Assembly: GCF_009914755.1 (NCBI RefSeq)
Contig: NC_060929.1
Reading direction: 5' to 3' (one strand)
DNA length: 64,000 nucleotides
Source of the DNA: the human T2T-CHM13v2.0 reference genome, Homo sapiens
Both the position numbers and the translations under genes were made by a program. The notes under the pieces were generated by a model. The model searched no databases, had not been told where the DNA came from, and was given only the letters and a program-made list of their open reading frames with translations. Of this stretch, positions 16,590 to 32,955 are shown one piece after another; position 1 is the first letter of the stretch, and each line of letters opens with the position of its first letter.

Positions 16590-16849
16590 TTTTAACCAAA
16601 GATTGCATTTTTTTTTAAATTTTATTATTATTATACTTTAAGTTTTAGGGTACATGTGCACAATGTGCAGGTTTGTTATATATGTACACTTGTGCCATGT
16701 TGGTATACTTGTGCCATGTTGGTATGCTGTACCCATTAACTCGTCATTTAGTCATGAGGGACCTAATGCTGTCCCTCCCCACTTCCCCCACCCCACAACA
16801 GTCCCTGAAGTGTGATGTTCCCCTTCCTGTGTCCATATGTTCTCATTGT

Positions 16850-20676
<3,827 letters not shown>

Positions 20677-20739
20677 TACGATGTTAGCTGGTTATTTTGC
20701 TCGTTAGTTAATGCAGTTTCTTCCTAGCCTTGATGGTCT

Positions 20740-21757
20740 TTACATTTTGGCATGTTTTTGCAGTGGCTGGTACCAGTTGTTCCTTTCCATGTTTAGTGCT
20801 TCCTTGAGGAGCTCTTTTAGGGCAGGCCTGGTGGTGACAAAATCTCTCAGCATTTGTTTGTCTGTAAAGTATTTTATTTCTCCTTCACTTATGAAGCTTA
20901 GTTTGGCTGGATATGAAATTCTGGGTTGAAAATTCTTTTCTTTAAGAATGTTGAATATTGGCCCCCACTCTCTTCTGGCTTATAGAGTTTCTACTGAGAG
21001 ATCTGCTGTTAGTCTGATGGGCTTCCCTTTGTGGGTTACCCGACCTTTCTTTCTGGCTGCCCTTAACATTTTTTCCTTCATTTCAACTTTGGTGAATCTA
21101 ACAATTATGTGTCTTGGAGTTGCTCTTCTCGAGGAGTATCTTTGTGGCGTTCTCTGTATTTCCTGAATCTGAATGTTGGCCTGCCTTGCTAGATTGGGGA
21201 AGTTCTCCTGGATAATATCCTGCAGAGTGTTTTCCAACTTGGTTCCATTCTCTCTGTCACTTTCAGGTACACCAATCAGACGTAGATTTGGTCTTTTTAC
21301 ATAGTCCCATATTTCTTGGAGGCTTTGTTCATTTCTTTTTATTCTTTTTTCTCTAAACTTCCCTTCTCGCTTCATTTCATTCATTTCATCTTCCATCACT
21401 GATACCCTTTCTTCCAGTTGATCACATCGGCTCCTGAGGCTTCTGCATTCTTCACATAGTTCTCGAGCCTTGGCTTTCAGCTCCATCAGCTCCTTTAAGG
21501 ACTTCTCTGCATTAGTTATTCTAGTTATCCATTCGTCTAATTTTTTTTCAAACTTTTTAACTTCTTTGCCATTGATTTGAATTTCCTCCTGTAGCTCAGG
21601 GTAGTTTGATCATCTGAAGCCTTCTTCTCTCAACTCATCAAAGTCATTCTCCATCCAGCTTTGTTCCATTGCTGGTGAGGAGCTGCGTTCCTTTGGAGGA
21701 GGAGAGGTGCTCTGTTTTTTTAGAGTTTCCAGTTTTTCTGCTCTGTTTTTTCCCCAT
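20740..21757 (-). pseudogene. ORF1: Disrupted L1 ORF1
   Basis: ATG GGG AAA at 21757, terminal TAA at 20740; fragment 20980-21486 (coiled coil/RRM); frameshift and premature stop. Confidence 0.92.
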
Positions 21758-22333
21758 CTTTGTGGTTTTATCTACTTTTGGTCTTTGATGGTGGTGACGT
21801 ACAGATGGGTTTTTGGTGTGGATGTCCTTTCTGTTTGTTAGTTTTCCTTCTAACAGACAGGACCCTCAGCTGCAGGTCTGTTGGAGTTTGCTAGAGGTCC
21901 ACTCCAGACCCTGTTTGCCTGGGTATCAGCAGCAGTGGCTGTAGAACAGCGGATATTGGTGACCTGCAAATGCTGCTGCCTGATCATTCCTCTGGAAGTT
22001 TTGTCTCAGAGGAGTACCCGGCGGTGTGAGGTGTCAGTCTGCCCCTACTGGGGGGTGCCTCCCAGTTAGGCTGCTCGGGGGTCAGGGATCCACTTGAGGA
22101 GGCAGTCCGCCCGTTCTCAGATCTCCAGCTGCGTGCTGGGAGAACCACTACTCTCTTCAAAACTGTCAGACAGGGACACTTAAGTCTGCAGAGGTTACTA
22201 CTGTCTTTTTGTTTGTCTGTGCCCTGCCCCCAGAGGTGGAGCCTACAGAGGCAGGCAGGCCTCCCTGAGCTGTGGTGGGCTCCACCCAGTTTGAGCTTCC
22301 AGGCTGCTTTGTTTACCTAATCAAGCCTGGGCA

Positions 22334-22516
22334 ATGGCAGGCGTCCCTCCCCCAGCCTCGCTGCCACCTTGCGGTTTGATCTCAGACTGCTGTGCTAGCA
22401 ATTGGGGAGACTCCGTGGGCATAGGACCCTCTGAGCCAGTTGAGGGTTATAATCTCCTGGTATGCCATTTTTTAAGCCCGTTGGAAAAGCACAGTATTAG
22501 GGTGGGAGTGACCTGA
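22334..22516 (+). pseudogene. ORF0: L1 antisense ORF0, truncated at 60 aa
   Basis: MAGVPPPASLPPCGLISDCCASN... matches ORF0 and ends early at TGA. Confidence 0.75.
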
Positions 22517-22786
22517 TTTTCCAGGTGCCGTATGTCACCCCTTTCTTTGACTAGAAAAGGGAACTCCTTGACCCCTTGCACTTCCTGAGTGAGGCAATGC
22601 CTTGCCCTGCTTTGGCTCGTGCACGGTGCGCTGCACCCACTGTCCTGCACCCACTGTCTGGCACTCCCTAGTGAGATGAACCTGGTACCTCAGATGGAAA
22701 TGCAGAAATCACCCGTCTTCTGCGTCACTCACGGGCTGGGAGCTGTAGACCGGAGCTGTTCCTATTTGGCCATCTTGGCTCCACCC

Positions 22787-23295
22787 TCAAATTGATTTTT
22801 GACAAAATATGTAAAGACAATTCAAAGCAGAAAAAGTAGACTTTTCAACAAGTGGTGTTGAAATAATTGGGCATCCATGTGCCAAAAGATCAATCTCAAC
22901 CTCAATGGTATATCTTATATAAAAATTAATTCAAAATTAATCACAAATATAAATGTCAAATTGAAAATTGTAAAACTTTTAGAATAAAACATAGGAGAAA
23001 ATTCTGTGATCTAATGTTAGGGAAAGAATTCTCAGCTATGACAGCAAAAGCTCAACCCATAAAAGAAGAAAATGATAAATGGACTTATCAAAACTTAAAA
23101 CTTTGCTCTTCAAAAAACACTGTTACAAGGAAGAAAAGACACACTACAGTTTGTGAGAAAAGATTTGTAAATCACCTGTCTGAAATAGAACTTGTAACAG
23201 GAACGTATGAAGAACTCTGAAAACTTAAACACATTATAAAATGGGCTAAAGACTTGAGCAGAAATTAACCAAAGAAGATATATGACAGGCAAATT
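22787..23295 (+). mobile_element. Old L1M ORF2 fragment, 3' continuation of 16080-16589
   Basis: TGATTTTTGACAAA...CTTTTCAACAAGTGGTGTTG...AAAATGGGCTAAAGACTTGAGCAGA. Confidence 0.75.
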
Positions 23296-23329
23296 ACTGT
23301 AGAACTGTAGAATGTGTTAACTCTGTTCT

Positions 23330-24330
23330 TTCCTCCTTTATATGTAAATTTTATAAATATTTATTTACTTTATTTGAACTAATTTCCCCAAATTATTCAA
23401 TATTTTCATATTTGTTTATAGGTAACTTTTTAGATTTAAAGACAAGTTTACAAATTTATTTACTCAACATTCTTACATCTTAGTCCTTTTTCTTAGGTTA
23501 AATTTTCTTCTTACTGTATAGTAGATGCTTTGTTTGTTTGCTTGCTTGCTCACTTTAAATATATTTTTCCCTAACTCCTAAATGATAGTGAAGCTGGACA
23601 TATATTTTTTGGTTGGCGGTTCATTTCTTTCACCCTTGTGAAGATTTTTCCATTATCTCTGGCTTCCTGTTGCTGTTGATATGTCTACTGTTTAGTTGGA
23701 ATTCTTTTATATATATTCTTAAGAGATAATCCTTTTCTGCTGTAGCTTTCAAGATTTCTCACTTGGTATTTGGTGTTTTGCAGTTTTACTGTGATGTATC
23801 TAGATAAAAGATCATTTTTATTTACCACTTCTGGCACTCACTGTGATACTGAAAAATTCTCCCCCATTATCTCTATTTTTTCCTTCTGGGAGTCTTATCA
23901 GGCATAGGTTAAATTTCATTTTATCCTCCATGCCTTTTTTATAATTTTCAACTATATTACCCTCTTTGCTGCATTATAATAATCTCCTCAAATCTTACAG
24001 TCCATTAGTTATCTTTACCTGAGTATAATCTACTACTAAAGCATTCTATCAAGTTTTTAATTTTTGTGACTTCATTTTTGATTTCTAGAAAATCCATTTG
24101 ATTATTTTTCAAATATGCTTGGTCTTTTCTAATCATGTCTTTTTTTCTCCTTTATTTATTTTATTTTTATATGTTTAGTTATTTTTAAACATATGTATTT
24201 TCTATTATCCAAGTGTTCTAATATCTAAAAGTCTCAGGTTTTATCTTACAGTTTGTTGTTTCACTGATTCTCACTCTTGGTAAATATTTTTTAGTGTAGT
24301 TACTTAGATTTGGATTATGAGCTCATCTTC
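23330..24330 (-). mobile_element. Highly degraded L1M, antisense
   Basis: T-rich tract with old-L1 motifs (TAAATGATAGTGAAGCTGGA, GCAGTTTTACTGTGATGTATCTAG, ATTTCTAGAAAATCCATTTG). Confidence 0.45.
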
Positions 24331-24855
24331 AGCAGGGCTTTTCACTGTGGGAATTGAGGTCCAGTGCATGGAATGTCCCTCAAAAATGTTCGTTTTTCTT
24401 CTGCTAGCTGTCATTAGCAAAAGTACTACTAATTATTTGTTAACTTTTTAGTTTGGGGATTTAACCCTCACACTTGCACGAATGGCCATAGTTGCATGTT
24501 CTAAAAGGAGCTTTTTTATTCTACCAAGAATCCAGAGCAAAAGAAAATGGATAATTTTTTTTCTATTTGTGCTTTCACTGAAGTTGTAGCATTTTGAGCA
24601 TCCTAACATTATATGAAGATAAGAGTTTTGATGCACCTCTTTGGATGGATTTAAATCCTAATCTGATATCTTCATTTGAGCATCAGAAATAGAGTCCTTA
24701 GATTTTACCATGACTCAGTCTCTACCACCCAATTTATCACCCACTCTCACCTCTAGTAACCATGGCATCAGCTATTGAGGTTACCACTCAGGTTCATTTC
24801 AGGGACCTAATGATTACCTTCCAGTGAGCTCAGCTGTGCATTTAGACAGGTTTTT

Positions 24856-24880
24856 TGTTGTTGTTGTTGTTGTTGTTGTT
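24856..24880. repeat. (TTG)n microsatellite
   Basis: Directly visible. Confidence 0.85.
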
Positions 24881-25019
24881 TTATTATGGTAGTGGTAGCA
24901 TTTGGGGGTTAGTTTTATTTTTATTCCTTGGAACAGTATTCCCCCAACTATTTTTTAATCAGGGCGCATGTTTCAAATAATATTTACATGACAATCTGAG
25001 GTTAAATGGAAGAGAGGAG

Positions 25020-25192
25020 GCCTGCTTTTGCCTCTGACTAGCCAAGTTGCTTAACATTTCCATATCCATTTTCCCATCTGTGAAATGGATGCAACAATAG
25101 TACCTACTCTATAAAGTTGTTATAAAAATTAAATGAATTAGTATCTGTCAAGTGCTTAGAATCTACTTGGCATATAGTAAACACTGTTTAAG
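25020..25192 (+). mobile_element. MIR
   Basis: CATTTTCCCATCTGTGAAATGG...ATAGTACCTAC...AAGTGCTTAGAA...TGGCATATAGTAAACACT. Confidence 0.75.
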
Positions 25193-27420
25193 AATTTTTT
25201 ATATAAAATGAAAATAAATAAGAAAATGTCAGCAGTGTTCTAGTATATTAATGTGTATCATTAAAACAAAGAAAGTTCATTTTACTTTAAAACCTGGCAC
25301 TAATTGTGTCAATAAAGGATTAATAAGAACCAAAAGTGTTTTTATTTGAAATCACTAGGTTAGCACACCTGAAGTTGAATGGTAACATTCACTCAATCCA
25401 ATTCTCATCACTCAATAACAACATTTCTCTTCTCCATCCTATATATTCACCTTGTCACTGACATGTCTCAAATTCCTGTAGGCAAAAAATTGTAGATAAC
25501 AAGTAAAGTGACTACTGCATCTCTCCATTTCCCACTCAGAGAAACACCCAGAGTTTCTAGGAAACACACAAATCCCAAAAGGAAATGAAATTAAAGGATT
25601 ATAGGCGTTTCTTTTATCCTCATTTTAACTTCTCAGGAATGACCACTTTGGCATATTGCATATTGGAGTCTCTATCAGCCAGCACCAGTCCAGTGGAGAA
25701 TAACTTCCTGAGGAACACAACAAGATTTCCAACAATCCATATATTTCTGTATATTTGGAGAAAGCCAAATTTCCAGTTATAAATATTTAAGCTCAAAGTT
25801 AATACCCTCTTCCTTTGATTTGAATGGGCTTCTAATACTTGCATTTTCATTTCTTGGTCTGGCTAGAAATGACTTAAAAACTAAAGCAGAGGCTGTCATA
25901 TCTTTTCCTAGAATCTCTCTTAAAAGTTCTTTTTTTTAATAGGGTATTTTAGGGAAAGCTTCCCTAACTATCCATGTTAAGGAAGAAAAAAAAACATTAA
26001 CCTTTAGGTTAAATCTTACCTGGTCATCAATAAGTTTTAAAGTCAAAGCAGGAAGGGACTAGTCATAATTACCAAAAAAAATCACACAGAGTTCAGTAAC
26101 ACCTCTCAGTAAGTCCGACACAGGCAATTTTTCTCCTTGCATTGGCTCCAATGATCATGTCCTCAGTTCAGCTGGCTTAGGTTTGCTTGCATTTAGGAGT
26201 CATGTTGTTGGAAAAAAAATGTTTATATTTAGATATTAGAGTTCCAGTCAGGGGGATTAGATGCTCACACTATCAGAATATAGGATTACTGTGTCCCACA
26301 GGGAGAACAGCAAACTTGCACCTAGTGTTCACTGACCAGAAGAATAAGCAGAATCACCTGCCCAACTTAAATAGCCTTCTTTCCTTCCCTGGAGTTAAGT
26401 GTCATCAGATTTAATCATTCTTTGTATCTATGATGATGTAAAATTTGGTTTCACTGGTTTCCAACATATTTTTTGAAAATTAAAAGAGAAAACGGAGAAC
26501 AGCATTTGAATCAGTAACGATTCAAGATCTAGCCTAGATTTCCCAGAGGAATAATCATAAAAGAGAGTCAAAAAGTAGAATTTGACATAAATGATATAAC
26601 TTCTGGTTTATATGCTACTAAACTTGCTTACTGATGCTTAAAATGGCTGAACATTTGATAATAGCAAAGATGTCTTTTCCTTTAAAATCTTTGAGCTTTG
26701 TGCTTTAAGAGACATTCTTTCAATACATCAAAAAAATGAAAACGTGTGACTCAAAATATGCATTTCATACTTGTTTTCAAATTGTTCTAGGGAGTACAAG
26801 ATTCAAGAGACATTTGTCAGAAGAATTCAGTTCATTAGAACTAGAATCAACTATTGAAATTTTCAGGAAGGCATATATTAACACACAGCATACAAAATAA
26901 ATTTTTAACAATTAGAGCTGCCGAAGAATGAAATAGGTTCTCTTATGAATTTATGAGTTTCCTAACAGTGGATGCATAAATGGAATAATTGTACATGAAG
27001 GCATCTAGTTACAGAAGGTTCTCATATGTTTATAAACTTGAATCACACTCAACCCGGATGATTTCTTATCAGAGCACTACTAGGTATGACTTGAATGAGC
27101 TAATTCCTAAGATCTCTTTGAGTTCTAAAAGTCTTTATTATTTACTAGAAAAAAAATGGTTCACTTATTTATAATTATCCCCCCTCTTTGAATGTGTTGG
27201 ACTCTTCCAGAAACAGTCAAGGCAAGCTGCAACGTGAGAAACGGTCACAACACAGTCAGTCCAAGGTTAACTAAGGAACCCCAACCAAGTCACAACAGTA
27301 GCTCTAGATTAGAGTGGGAATTGTGAATACAAAGCAAACAAATATCCTTTGAAATCAGAATAAACAGACTGTAACTTAATTTGGTTATTGTGTAGTCCTG
27401 ATAAAAGACAAGTTGAGATT

Positions 27421-27804
27421 TGCTTTAGTCTGTTTTGCGTTGCTAAAAAGGAATACCCAAGACTAGGTAATTTATAAAGAAAAGAGATTTATTTTGCTCA
27501 TGGCTCTGCAGACTGTACAAGCATGGCACCAGCATCTGCTCGGTCTCTGCTGGGGCCTCAGGAACCTCCCAGTCACATCAGAAGGCAAAGGGAGAACAGG
27601 CATGTCACATGGTGAGAGAGGGAGCAACCAGCTCTCATGTGAACTAACAGCAAGAACTCACTCATCACCATGGGAAGGGCACCAAGCCATTTATGAGGGA
27701 TCCACCCATATGACCCAAACACCTCCCTCTAGGCCCTGCCTCCAACATTGGGGATGACATTTCAACATGAGATTTGGAGGAGACAAACATCCAAACCATA
27801 ATCA
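27421..27804 (-). mobile_element. MSTB-like MaLR solo LTR
   Basis: TTAGTCTGTTTTGCGTTGCT...GCATGGCACCAGCATCTGCTC...TTTCAACATGAGATTTGGAGGAGACAAACATCCAAACCATA. Confidence 0.85.
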
Positions 27805-28004
27805 GGTTTGCTTCAATCACAATCTTTTGCTTATTCTGGAAAATACTGGCTTGAACTTTATTCTACTGGAAATAAACCAAGATATTAGAAGGTCCTTGAG
27901 ATCTTCCCCAAATTTGCATCTCTGAATAAGACATATCAGGGCACATTTCATGTGGTACATATTTTAAGATGTCTGTTAACTTAAATAAATAGAGTTCAAT
28001 TTTT

Positions 28005-28915
28005 GTGGGGAAAAAAGGGAAATCTTGCACACTGTTGGTGGAAATGTAGATTGGTGCAGCCATTACGGAAAACAGTATGAAGGTTTCTAAAGAAATTAAA
28101 AATAGAACTACCATATGACCCAGAAATCCCTCTTTTGGGCATATACAGAAAGGAAATAAAATCACCACCTTGTAAAAATATCTGCACTCCCATGTTCATT
28201 ATAGATTACTCACAGTAGCCAAGATATGAAAACAACCTAAATGTCCATGAACAGAATGGATAAATACACTGTAGTGTATATATACATAAACAATGGATTA
28301 TTATTCACCCTAAACAAAGAAAAAGATCTTGCCATTTGTCACAGTATGGATGAGCTTGGAGCACATTATGCTAAGTAAAACGTGCCAGACAAAGAAAGAA
28401 AAAATATTACATAATATCACTTATACGTGGAATCTATTTTTTTTAATTCAAATATACCAAGATAGAGGACAAAAAGAGCAGTTACCAGGGTCAGCCTGCA
28501 GGGAGGAAACGGGGAGATACAGATCAGAGGATGTAAAATAGCAGGTATATAGGATGAACAAGTGTTGGGATCTAACGTACAACATGAGGACTATACGTAA
28601 TAAAATTGTACTGTATCTAGGATTCAAGCTAAATGAGTAGATTTTAGCTGCTCTGGCCACAAAAACACAAAAAAAGATAACTGTAAGGTAAGTGTATTAA
28701 TTTATATCACCGTAGTAGCCCTTTTACTATCCATATGTATTCCATAACATCATGATATATATATATATTTAAATATGTATAATAAATATATAATATATCA
28801 TATTTATATATTTAAATATATAATAAATATATATCATATTTTATATACTTAAATGTACAATATATAATATATATTTAAATATATAATAAATTTATTTTAA
28901 AAAATAAAATTAAAA
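28005..28915 (+). mobile_element. L1MA (L1MA5-like) 3' end with AT-rich degenerate repeat at ~28755-28890
   Basis: CACTGTTGGTGGAAATGTAGATTGGTGCAGCC; GCTAAATGAGTAGATTTTAGCTGCTCT. Confidence 0.8.
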
Positions 28916-29659
28916 ATTTTTTAATTGAGTAAAATTTTATTTGTCCTTTATTAAAACCATTAAGGCAGATGAAATAGGAAGCATTATCATGGAATGCAAA
29001 ATAATCATCATTAATTACCTTTGCTCATTATAATTTTTATTTAATAAAAACAAAGATATCAATACACTGACATATCAATATTATGATAAATATTAATAAA
29101 AGTTAGCTAATGAAAAAGTACATAGATAATAATTGGTATTTGATTAGAAATCTTAGTGATTAAAGAGGCATTTCCTAAGAAAGGTTTATTTCCTCAGATT
29201 ACTGAGGTAATGGTCTCCAATTATTGATCTAGTACCCTGTCAGTAATAAATTTGAACATGACCTCCAATGTACAGACATTTTTGTTAGTTTATAAATTAT
29301 ATTTATGTTGTATTTCCACATTAGCTGAATTTTAAAGTGCAAAATACATTTGGGGCGAGTTGCATTGTAACAAAAGTAGATAATTTAAATAATCTTTTTG
29401 ATCCTTTCAAATTTCTTTGTCTAGCTTCTTATTATTTAAGTATATTATGTGGTAGATAAAGAGACCTTACACACAGAAAAATAGCTTAAAGATTTTTGTT
29501 CCTTGCACGTGTATTATTAGACTATCTTCAATTCAAGTTGTTTTGTTTGTTTCTGTTTTGCAAGAAATGTGTAAGCTTCTTATTTGTTTAATTAGAGTCT
29601 CATTTACTTGACAGAATCAGGGATTTCCTCCGGGTCCTGGAAATGTTTATTATCACAGG

Positions 29660-29992
29660 TGTCTTACTTCATTCTTGCTACTATAACAAAATACCTTAGA
29701 GAAAGTAGTTCTAGAGCCTGGGAAGTTCAAGATCAAGATGCCAACAGATTCAATGTCTGACGAGGGCCAGTTCCTTATAGATGACACCTGCTTTGTGTCT
29801 TCACATGGTGGAAGGGGCCAAAGGGGCTAGGAGGCTCCCTTCAATCCCTTTTATAAAAAGCATAAACCCCATTTGTGGGAGCTCTGCTCTCATGACTTTA
29901 TTACCTCCCAAAGGTCTCACCTTTTAATACTATCATATTAGTGATGAAATTTCAACTCATAAATTGTGGTGAGGTCTCATTCGACCATAGCA
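29660..29992 (-). mobile_element. MSTD-like MaLR solo LTR
   Basis: GGGAAGTTCAAGATCAAGATGCCAACAGATTC...TTACCTCCCAAAGGTCTCACC...ACCATAGCA. Confidence 0.7.
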
Positions 29993-30043
29993 ATACAGAT
30001 TGCCAATCCACTCATAGGAGGAAATACATACTGGCTCATGACT

Positions 30044-30152
30044 TAGGGGATAGAATTTATCCTAGCTGAGGTGTCATTTTTGCTGGATTTTTATAAATAG
30101 GAGATAGAATTTATTCTACCTGAGGTGTCATTTTTGGTGTGTTTTTATAAAT
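30044..30152. repeat. 54-bp imperfect tandem duplication
   Basis: Two copies of GATAGAATTTAT..TA.CTGAGGTGTCATTTTTG.TG..TTTTTATAAAT starting at 30044 and 30098. Confidence 0.85.
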
Positions 30153-30355
30153 GCAACACAACATCCTAACCTGCTAGAGTTTCCCTACCAAATGGATGTG
30201 TTGAATAATCAATGAGGACTTTGTCCTAGTTCATTTTGTGCTTCTATAGCAGAATGTCACTAACTAGGTAATTTATGATGAACAGATATTTATTTTCTCA
30301 CAGTTCTGGAGGCTGTAAAGTCCAAGATCAAAGTTCTGGCATCTGTGAAAGCCTT

Positions 30356-30364
30356 CATTTTTTA

Positions 30365-30402
<38 letters not shown>

Positions 30403-31481
30403 TTTATTTTATTTTCAGGGGTACATGTGCAGGTATGGGTAAATTATATGTCACAGTGGTTTGGTGCACAGATTATTTCACCACCCAGGTAATAAGAATG
30501 GTATCTGACAGGTAGTTTTTCAATCCTCGCCCTCCTCTGGCCCTCCACCCCTAAGTAGACCCCAGTGTCTACTGTTCCCTTCTTTGTGTCCATGTGTATT
30601 CAGTGTTTAGCTCCCACTTATAAGTAAGAACATGTGGTATTTGGTTGTCTATTCCTGAGTCAGTTTGCTAAGAGTAATGGTCTGTAGCTCCATCCATATT
30701 GCTTCAAAGTTCATGATCTCATTCTTTTGTATTGCTGTGTATGTAGTATGCCATGGTGTATATGTACCACATTTTCTTTAAGCAGCCCACTGTTGATGGG
30801 CATCTAGATTGATTCCATGGTCTTTGCTATTGTGAACAGTGCTGTCACGAACATAGGCGTGCATGTGTCTTTATGGTATAATGATTTATATTCCTTCAGG
30901 GATATACTCAATAAAGGGATTGCTGGGCTGAATGGAAGTTCTGAGTTCTTTGAGAAATCTCTAAACTGCTTTCCACAGTGGCTGAACTAATTTACATTCC
31001 CACCAGCAGCATACCAGCATTCCATTTTCTCTGCAACCTCACCAGCAACTGTTATTTTTGACTTTTTAATAATAGCGATTCTGACTGTGTGAGATGGTAT
31101 CTCACTGTGTTTTTGATTTGCATTTCTCTAATGATTAGTGTTCAGCATTTTTATATGCTTGTCAGCCACATGTATGTCATCTTTTGAAAAGTGTCTGTTT
31201 ATGTCCTTTGCCCACTTTTAAGTGAGGTTGTTTGTGTTTTTTTCTTGTTAATTTATTTAAGTTTCTAAGAGATTCTAGACACTAGATGGGAATGCATAGT
31301 TTTCAAATATTTTCTCCCATTCTGTAGGCTGTCCGTTTATTCTGTTGAGAATTTCTTTTGCTGTGCAGAAGCTCTTTAGTTTAATTAGTTTCCATTTGTC
31401 AATTTTTGTTTTTGTTGCAATCGCTTTTGGTGTCTCCATCATAAAATCTTTGTCAAGGCCTATGTCTAGAATGATGTTTCC
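30356..31481 (-). mobile_element. 5'-truncated L1PA15/16-like element
   Basis: 3'UTR GGGGTACATGTGCAGG...GATTATTTCACCACCCAGGTAATAAG; antisense ORF2 C-terminus; degraded TSD CTG....CCTTC.TTTT. Confidence 0.82.
30366..30399 (+). repeat. Pure A34 homopolymer
   Basis: Directly visible. Confidence 0.95.
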
Positions 31482-32745
31482 TGCAAGGCCCTTCTTTTTG
31501 CAATATCACATGGTGAACGAATGCTATATCCTCACAATGCAGAAGGTAGACAGGCCAGAGAGAGTGGGGGAGCCAAGGGGAGATAGAGAGGAAAAGAAGG
31601 CAGCTGAACTCCTCCTTTCATGAGGAATCCTCTCCTGTGATAATGTCATTAATCCATTCATTAGGACAGAGACCTCAAGGCCTAAAAATCTCTTATAGGT
31701 CCCACCTCTTAATACTGTCACAATGGCAATTAAGTTTCAACATCAGGAGACGAATATTCAAACCACATTAGGCTTGCTGGGAAAGACTGAGCACCATACA
31801 AATATCAATATTAATCAAATTAACAATCATTATTATTATTACATTAAGATGACCATAGCAGTCTTTGTATGTAGGTCCACTTTGGACAAAAGTTGTGAAA
31901 TAGGTGCTTTGTCTTTGACTTGACTCTCCTTTTAGCAGGATCTTCTGTGTCAGCTCAGTATCAGTTCCTTAATTACATCTAAATTGTGATAGAATTCTAA
32001 AAGAAAAAGGCTAGCCAGATCCAGATCCTTTCATGCACTCTTTCAAGGATTTATTTGCTGGTCATTTATTAATTAAGCACCTACTATGCTTTGAAGCCAC
32101 AATACTAAATACAAGAAATGCAACTGTGAGTAAGGTGGGCTGGTTCATCTCTTCCTGGAGCATATTGGAGCATCAATATCCCATTAGGTTACCGCTAGTG
32201 GAATCTTTCAGCTTGAAAAGAGATACCCCTTGAAGATCATTAGGAAGGTTATTTACAGGGAGTGGCACAGAGCATTCAGAAAGTTTTCAGCAGATCATAA
32301 TATGCACATAGAAACCTACATACTCAAGCAAAAGTTTCATCTATCAGCACAAAAGTTTGTGTCCAGTATTTAAATCTACTCTTTCAATTATTGAAAAGAA
32401 AATCACCTAGGGGGCAGTTTTTTGGGAGGATAATGATAAAATCAGAGCATCAATAGTCTCAGAATTAGGCTATGAAAATTTTATGGCTAGGAAATATTTA
32501 ATTTTGTTTTATTTCACTGTTACTCCACCCACCATTGTGTCTAGATTCACAGTGTGACCTCTCTAAATATTTGTTTAAGTAATATAAGTTGAAATATTTT
32601 CAAATTAGACAAAATTAAAAATAATCCATTATGGCATTGTGAGAAAAAGATCAGTTTATTTTAGGAGACCTTTAAGAATATACTTTGGAGCAGGGAAATA
32701 TGTATATTATGTGTAAGATGTGACAAAGCCGTTCCTCCTCTATAC

Positions 32746-32955
32746 CAGTGGCCCGCAAAGTTTTTCTGTAAAAAGTCAGAGAGTAAATATTTTAGGCTAT
32801 GCAGGCCATACAGCCTCTGTTACAACTGCTCAACTCTGCTATTGTAGCATGAAAGCAGTCATGGAAAAGATAAATAATTGAGAGTGGCTGTGTTCCAATG
32901 AAACTCTATTTACAAAAACATTTGGCTTGCAAGCTGTAGTTTGCCAACCCTTCCC
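32746..32955. mobile_element. MER58A (hAT-Charlie non-autonomous DNA transposon)
   Basis: TTTTTCTGTAAAAAGTCAGAGAGTAAATATTTTAGGCT...GGCTGTGTTCCAATGAAACT...GCTGTAGTTTGCCAACCC. Confidence 0.85.

Larger units (their letters stand above)
30222..31770 (-). mobile_element. MSTC/D-like LTR split by an L1PA15/16 insertion (LTR halves 30222-30355 and ~31482-31770)
   Basis: Collinear LTR halves; flanks GACTT and GGCTT form a near 5-bp TSD. Confidence 0.7.
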
